The notes under the pieces were generated by a model. It made no database searches. It saw nothing but the letters and a program-made list of their open reading frames with translations, and was not told the DNA's origin. Below, piece after piece: positions 57,780 to 64,000 of a stretch of 64,000 nucleotides of DNA. Positions within the stretch are counted from its first letter, which is position 1; each line of letters begins with the position of its first letter. A program made the translations under genes and the position numbers. Origin of the DNA: Bacteroidota bacterium (lineage in GTDB: Bacteria; Bacteroidota; Ignavibacteria; Palsa-1295). Location of the stretch: positions 22,508 to 86,507 of the forward strand of contig JAJPIO010000008.1 of NCBI GenBank assembly GCA_021324735.1, read 5' to 3'.

Positions 57780-59672
57780 ATGATTAAACGGTTACTGTTT
57801 TATGTGATTCTCGTAGTTGTTTCAGCGCACGGCCAAATCCACGCTCAAACCACTACGCTTATACATTATTGGAATTTTAACAAGTTAGGTGGCCCCTATA
57901 GCCGGCCCGTTCCGGCAATCAAAGCCGATTATTCCGTTATCGATACGAATAAAGCGTATCTCGAGTACTATGTTCTTCCTGGTACATCCAGCACATGGGC
58001 TCAAGGAAATAACGGCAACTGCCAGATCGATAACGTTGCTGGTGGTGACACAAGCAATCTTCGTAATGGTGCAACGGCAGGGCTTGCTCTGCGTGCGCGA
58101 AATCCTGTGGATTCCAGCGAACTTCGCTGGCATATTCCCACGACTGGTTTTACAAAGCCAGTCGTCAAATTTGTCGTCGAATCTTCAAGCACGACGAGTG
58201 GAGATTCAACTCATGTGTATTCTTACAGTACCGATGGTGGTACGACCTGGAGATCGACGGGCATGACCGTTAATGGTGCTAACGTCGATACGCTCGATGT
58301 TACCCAGCCACAATATCAAGGTAGCTCCTGGGGATTGGTCACCGTAACCTTTGGCAATGATGCCACGGTAGATAACAATCCGAATTTGATCTTCCGGATC
58401 GTATGTCGCGGTAATACCCACTTGACTGGCGGAAATAACCGTTACGATGATTTTTCGGTCGATGCAAGTGGAAGCGCTGGTCCGCCTCCTGCTATAATCA
58501 CGGTATCTTCTCCGGCGGCCGGAGTAATTTTAATTCCGGGACGCCATGAGACTGTTTCATTCAAGACGCTCAATCAGGTTGGCTCCGTACGCACGATCGA
58601 CTTCAGTGCCGACGGCGGCACCACCTGGACAAACGCCGGTACGGTAACCGAAGCCACAACCTATGATTGGGTCGTGCCGAATACGCCGACCGTAAAGGGC
58701 ATGATCCGCGTGCGCGATTCGGCGAATGTAACCGGAACAGCGGGGTCGTTCATCATCTATTCGATAGCGCCGAGCAACAAGGTTATTCACTACTGGAATT
58801 TCAATACCCTGGGTCAAGCGTATAATAATCCGAACATACCCGATATTCCATCGGATTTTTCCGCCGATCTATCACATTCGGGATCGCTGAAGTACGTTCT
58901 TGCTCCCAATACATCGGGTCATTATGCCGGATATTTGGATCCAGTGCCAGGCGACACACTCAATGCATTGTTTGGCTCAGCCGCGGGGCAGGGTCTGCGT
59001 GTTCGAAATCCAACGGACAGCATGGAGTTACGCTTCGTAATTCCCACGAATGGATATAAATCGATCTCGATCCGCTATGCGCTCCAAACATCCGATTCTT
59101 CGCTTACCGGATCTGCACCGCATACAGAACTTTTCGATTATAGCACCAATGGTGGTACGACCTGGACCACAGCAGGTCTTACTGTCAACGGCGCAGCTTC
59201 CAATCAGTTGAATGTGCACCAAAAACAATATGGCAGTACTGCCAGTGGTGCGGGAGCGTTTGGTTCGGTCGCGATTGGTTTTGGTACCGAAACTTCGGTG
59301 GAGAACAATGCTAACCTCGTGTTCCGTATTCGTTTCGCCGATTCAACTCATGGGACGAGCGGTAATAATCGCTTCGATAATATCTCGGTCCAGGGCACAG
59401 CTTCCGCTTCGGTTGCAAGTGGCGCTCTGAATCCGCTGGAGTGCATAGTGGCTCCGAACCCAGCGTATGATCACGTTGATATTTCACTTCCGATCTCCGG
59501 AGGCAAAGATATTACGATCCTCGATATTCAAGGAAAACCAGTTCAGTCCTTTCATACCGATCGCACAACGTTCTCGACAAGCGTTTTGAATGTGGCAGCA
59601 GGTACCTATTACGTGCTGGTTCACAGTACCGAAAATGGTAAGGAATCCATCGTTCCATTCGTAAAAGAGTAG
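57780..59672 (+). CDS. Secreted T9SS-type protein with two 'HYWNFN' domains
   Basis: Signal peptide, two ~200-aa repeats (HYWNFN...LR.RNP.DS...YS.DGG.TW...NNR.D) separated by an Ig-like segment, CTD VAPNPA...GTYYV. Confidence 0.85.
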   Translation: MIKRLLFYVILVVVSAHGQIHAQTTTLIHYWNFNKLGGPYSRPVPAIKADYSVIDTNKAYLEYYVLPGTSSTWAQGNNGNCQIDNVAGGDTSNLRNGATAGLALRARNPVDSSELRWHIPTTGFTKPVVKFVVESSSTTSGDSTHVYSYSTDGGTTWRSTGMTVNGANVDTLDVTQPQYQGSSWGLVTVTFGNDATVDNNPNLIFRIVCRGNTHLTGGNNRYDDFSVDASGSAGPPPAIITVSSPAAGVILIPGRHETVSFKTLNQVGSVRTIDFSADGGTTWTNAGTVTEATTYDWVVPNTPTVKGMIRVRDSANVTGTAGSFIIYSIAPSNKVIHYWNFNTLGQAYNNPNIPDIPSDFSADLSHSGSLKYVLAPNTSGHYAGYLDPVPGDTLNALFGSAAGQGLRVRNPTDSMELRFVIPTNGYKSISIRYALQTSDSSLTGSAPHTELFDYSTNGGTTWTTAGLTVNGAASNQLNVHQKQYGSTASGAGAFGSVAIGFGTETSVENNANLVFRIRFADSTHGTSGNNRFDNISVQGTASASVASGALNPLECIVAPNPAYDHVDISLPISGGKDITILDIQGKPVQSFHTDRTTFSTSVLNVAAGTYYVLVHSTENGKESIVPFVKE

Positions 59673-59705
59673 ACAACAGTTACCGCGGACGGCGGTAACA
59701 AAGGC

Positions 59706-59751
59706 AGGATGTCCGTGATAAATGAAAGATCGCGGACATCCTTTCCTTTTT
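59706..59751 (+). terminator. Terminator hairpin
   Basis: aggatgtccgtgat / atcgcggacatcct followed by a T-rich tail; a second hairpin lies at 59679-59699. Confidence 0.65.
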
Positions 59752-59867
59752 AATGATTTACTATTCTCTTTGTAAGAGAATAGTAAAATACATACCCTAA
59801 ATTTGAAATTAGTAGTCATATCATATATTCTCATTTCTTGTCCATGTATCAACTCGTTCCTGTTATT

Positions 59868-62800
59868 ATGCAAGGTTTTCGCAAGTTAAGTGCGTTGGTA
59901 ATGCTCGTTTTCTGCTGTGTACCGGCAGGTTCTTTATATAGCCAAACACTCATTCACTATTGGAATTTTAACAAGCTAACGGCGGCGTATCATAATCCGA
60001 ATATTCCTGCGATCAAAGCGGATTTTTCTCAGATCGACACGAATAAAGCAACGGTTGCCTATACGCTGTTTCCCGGAACATCCTCTACCTACACTGGCTA
60101 TATCGACAACGTCGCCGGCGATACGATGAATAGCCGCCTCGGCGCTACCGCCGGTCAGGCATTGCGATTCAGAAATCCGAGCGATAGCGCTGAACTCCGA
60201 CTCTATATTCCAACAAATAATTATAGCAACATCAGCGTCAAGTATGAGCTGCTCTCATCCAGTACGACGAGCGGGCAAAAAACGCAGCTATTCTCTTACA
60301 GCACCGATAGCGGCGTCACCTGGAAGGGGCGCGCGAACGGACTTACGGTAAATGGTGCGAACGTTGATACGCTCGATGTTACACAAAGCAAATATCAAGG
60401 AGCGAGTTGGGGGTTGGTTACGATCGGCTTTGGGGGTGATACCACGGTAAATAACAATCCGCGACTTCTTCTGAGGATCCGATTTGCCGGGAATACTTCT
60501 CTTACCAGTGGTAATAACCGCTTTGATAATTTGACGGTCGAAGGTGGTGCTGTGCCGCGAACGATCACTGTTACGAAGCCTATCATTACCGATACACTGT
60601 ATTCGGGACTTCGTGGCACCATTACTTATTCATCCACCGGTAAAGTATCGCGCAATAAGTATATTTTTTTATCACTCGATTCAGGGCTGACCTGGACGAG
60701 CCTTGGATTAGATACTGCGGTGGCATATAGCTGGCTCGTACCGCAGGTGTTTAATCCGGTGCCCAATGCAATGATCGCAGTTGTAGATTCTGCTCGGGTT
60801 ACCGGTTACAGTGCACCGTTCCTTATTCTTCCGTTCAAAATGCCAGCCGCACCGGTGAACCTCATTCACTACTGGCACTTCAATTCATTCACGGGCAGTT
60901 TTCAATATCCCTTTACACCAACGCTTTCATCCGACTACACAACGCCGCTTCAGGCAAGAGGAACAATTGCCTATTCTCTCACACCATCGACGCCATCGTC
61001 GTATCACGCAGGTGCCATCGAAGGTGTAACCGGTTCTTCCATGAACTCGCAGCTTTTATATCCAGCCGGGCAAGCGCTGCAGATGGATAACCCATCCGAT
61101 AGTGCAGCGCTATTGCTCTATATTCCAACGATGGATCGTAAGAATATCGCAGTCACATTCGCAGCATCTGCGACCAATGGCTATAATGGTCCGTTCGTTC
61201 TTCGATATGATTATAGCCTCGATAGCGGCATTACGTGAAAAACGACCGGTCTTAAGCGAACGAAGGATTCGATCACCTCGTCTAAATTTATTGGCGGCAA
61301 CTGGGGAGTTCTAACGGCCGATCTTTCTTCCGATCCACTGACGGCCAACAATTCCAAACTTGTTTTACGTATTCGCCCTGCAGGAAACAATGGCCAGGGG
61401 CCTGGTCATGTTGCTTTCGATAATGTCGCAGTCACTGGAGATGTCGGTCTTATTGCACCGCCGGGAGCGCCCGTACTTGTTCACTATTGGAATTTCAAGA
61501 ACTTAAATCAAGCATACCATAATCCAAATATTCCGATGCTGAAAGCAGATTATTCGTTGATCGACACGAATGCTGCAACGATTAGCTATGTGCTCCGGGG
61601 TTCGCCGTCTTATGCCGGCTATATCGATAACGTAGCCGCCGACACCACAAATGCACAGCTTGGCATTTATACCAGGAATGCTCTGCGAGTTCGAAATCCT
61701 TCGGACAGCATGGAGTTGCGGATCAATATTCCGTCGACTGGCTATCAAACCCCGGTGGTTCGATATGCGCTCGAGTCTTCGAGCACAACGAGCGGTCAGC
61801 TTACCGAGCTGTTCGATTATAGTGTGGATGGTGGTACGACGTGGCGCACCTCGCAGCTTACGGTCAATGGGTTTGCAATCGATACGCTGGATGTGACTCA
61901 GGCGCAATATCAGGGTACAAGCTGGGGTCTCGTTCAAATCGGCTTTGGGAATGACCAGGACGTCAATAATAACCCGAAGCTCGTATTGCGTATTCGGTTT
62001 AATGGCAACACGAGTAAGACGAGCGGTAATAATCGGTTCGAGAATATTACGATGACCGGCGTTCCAGGCTCCGCACCGTCGACGCTAAAGATGTTGCATT
62101 ACTGGCATTTCAATGGCCTTACCGAGAAGCCGCTCAACTCCTTGCTTGCTGCGGTAAATGCCGACTACTCATTGCCGGGTTTATACCGGGGATCGATGAT
62201 CTACAAGATCGCAAAGGATACGGTCAGAACTCGGTCGTTTGGCAACGCATCCGGAGACACGACGAATGGGAGATTGCTTCAAGGTGGTGGTCTCGCATTG
62301 GTAGCGAATAATCCTAATGACAGCACGGAGATCCGATTTAGTATCCCCACCACGAATTACCGACGCCTCGTTCTGAAATTTTCACAGCATTGCACGAGCC
62401 CTTCCTCATTCCGCGAAACGTTCGACTTTAGTGTCGATGGCGGCAAGACCTGGAGGACCGATTCTGTTAGGATCAACGGCGTTCGCAACGATACTGTAAA
62501 TTCTACACAGTTTACTAATGCCAACTGGGGACTTGTTACCATCACATTCGGCGGCGATACCGCAGTAAATAATAATAGTGGGTTTGTCTTTCGTATTCGC
62601 TACGGTGGCATTGGCTCAACCCTTGGTAATGTAAGCATGCTCGATAACGTGAGTGTTGATGGAGCGTTGATGCCGGGTATTATCACGGTCTCTGCGCCGC
62701 GCGCTACGGATACGTTTATCGCCGGCGCTCGTGCCCTCCTTGCTTACACAACCGTAGGGCCGGTAACGGACTCGCGTGCTATTGACTTTTCAACCAACAA

Positions 62801-63518
62801 TGGGACATCATGGTCGACGATCGCAACCGGTGAAACACCGTTGAATTATTACTGGACGGTGCCTTCTGTTGCCACTTCCAATGCGCTCCTTCGAGTAAGA
62901 GATGCCAACGGAGTGGTGGGAATGAGCCCCGCTTTCACGATCATTCTGCCGGGTACCGTTTCGAGCATTACGCTTTCATCAATGTCGGTACTGGCAGGAA
63001 AAATAGATACGATCGGGTGGTCAGCAAGCGGATATTTAGGCGAGACGGTAGATCTCGACGTTAGTTATGATAATAAAGCGTCGTGGATACCGATCTCTCA
63101 TGGGCTCCCTGTAGCCATGACCAGCTATGTGTGGACCACGCCAATGCTTGCGAAGACCGGGGCAGTGGTACGGGTACGTTATGCATCTGGTGCCACAGGA
63201 TATTCCACTCCGTTCAATATTGTAGTGCCATCAAACGGAGTAATATCGGAAACACCGACTGAACCTACCGTCATTCTTTGGCCGAATCCAACGTCTAACA
63301 TCGCGTACTTGCGGTACCAGTTGACCGCTGCTGCTGGTGCTCAACTCCACATTTACGATGTCACTGGACGCGAAGTTTATCACAATGAAATAGAAGGACA
63401 GCAAGCAGGTGAGCATACACTGGAGATCAATACGCTGGTTCTGCCGCAGGGTAACTACTTCTTTGTACTCGATGCTGGAGTGACTCATTACCCGGGCCAC
63501 CTAACCGTCACACGTTAA
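59868..63518 (+). pseudogene. ~1216-codon T9SS-type protein with four 'HYW(N/H)F' domains, interrupted by one in-frame TGA
   Basis: ORFs 59838-61238 and 61536-63518 share a frame and the intervening frame is open. TGA at 61236-61238 replaces the Trp of the conserved DxGxTW motif. Signal peptide at the start, CTD (LWPNPT...YDVTGRE...GNYF) at the end. Confidence 0.85.
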
Positions 63519-63531
63519 AAGAAGCCATTTC

Positions 63532-63569
63532 ATAACAGCCCGTTCTGTGACGGGCTGTTATCATTTTTT
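63532..63569 (+). terminator. Intrinsic terminator
   Basis: ataacagcccgt-N6-acgggctgttat followed by a T-run. Confidence 0.85.
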
Positions 63570-63576
63570 GCTGTCT

Positions 63577-64000
63577 ATGAAAGTTTGGTCGTCCTTCGTA
63601 TTTCTTTGGCTGGTTGCGATACTGGCTTCGTCGTGCTCGAAAAAAGATTTTCCTACTTCCCCGAGCAATCCACCGGATACAACGGCAAAGAAGGACACGG
63701 TTGCCCTTGCAATATATCAGACCTATCCACTTGATACCACTACATTTTACGATGGCATAACGCTTTGCCGCCTCGATCCAAATGAGCTGCCTAATGTGGC
63801 GGGTATGGCCGCGAGCCGATTACATCAAGGAATGACTTGGGTGTGTAATGATAAAGGCGGTTCGAGTTTGATCTATCTCATCGATACCACCGGTGCTATT
63901 CGTGCGCGCGTTACGGTGGCCGGTGCACCACAAAATGATTGGACCGACATGGCCGTCGGACCAGGACCTGAGTCGGGAATTCCGTACCTATATATAGCAG
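63577..64000 (+). CDS. Lipoprotein, probable beta-propeller (runs off window end)
   Basis: Not in the ORF track; manual translation gives MKVWSSFVFLWLVAILASSCSKK...GMAASR...WVCNDKGG...DWTDMAVGPGP..G.PYLYIA. Confidence 0.7.
   Translation, partial: MKVWSSFVFLWLVAILASSCSKKDFPTSPSNPPDTTAKKDTVALAIYQTYPLDTTTFYDGITLCRLDPNELPNVAGMAASRLHQGMTWVCNDKGGSSLIYLIDTTGAIRARVTVAGAPQNDWTDMAVGPGPESGIPYLYIA

Noticed and set aside
61236-61238. Selenocysteine or genetic code 4/25 recoding of TGA
   Set aside because: The homologous residue is Trp, not Cys; no obvious SECIS stem follows; TGA is a normal stop in several other genes here.

Overview
A bacterial chromosomal window, probably from the Bacteroidota-Chlorobiota-Ignavibacteriota/'Kapabacteria' (FCB) radiation. 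That placement is inferred from T9SS-type C-terminal domains, TonB-dependent receptors, an Omp28-like protein, hprK, smg-topA and TAnnTTTG promoter boxes. The flanks are mostly housekeeping genes: birA (partial), an atypical aspartokinase, secG, purD, htrA, plsY, suhB, mutS, ybeY, topA, rseP and hprK. The main feature is a ~17 kb redox island at 23.4-40.4 kb, between suhB and mutS. It carries two Cyc2-like cytochrome-porin fusions and an MtoA/MtrA-type decaheme cytochrome with an MtoB/MtrB-type porin but no MtrC. It also has a NapC/CymA-type tetraheme cytochrome, a Rieske/cytochrome b-c complex, several small c-type cytochromes, a cupredoxin-like protein, and copper nitrite reductase nirK with its FGE-like (NirV-like) and SCO accessory genes. 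One cyc2 appears co-operonic with nirK, which suggests an extracellular electron-uptake (Fe(II) oxidation) chain wired to nitrite reduction. Other points are a six-copy 'HYWNFN' domain in two T9SS cargo genes (one interrupted by TGA at a conserved Trp), a three-copy GGATT-periodic intergenic repeat family, a candidate sRNA at the island edge and a candidate island-wide operator motif. All calls come from reading motifs by eye; no database search was run.
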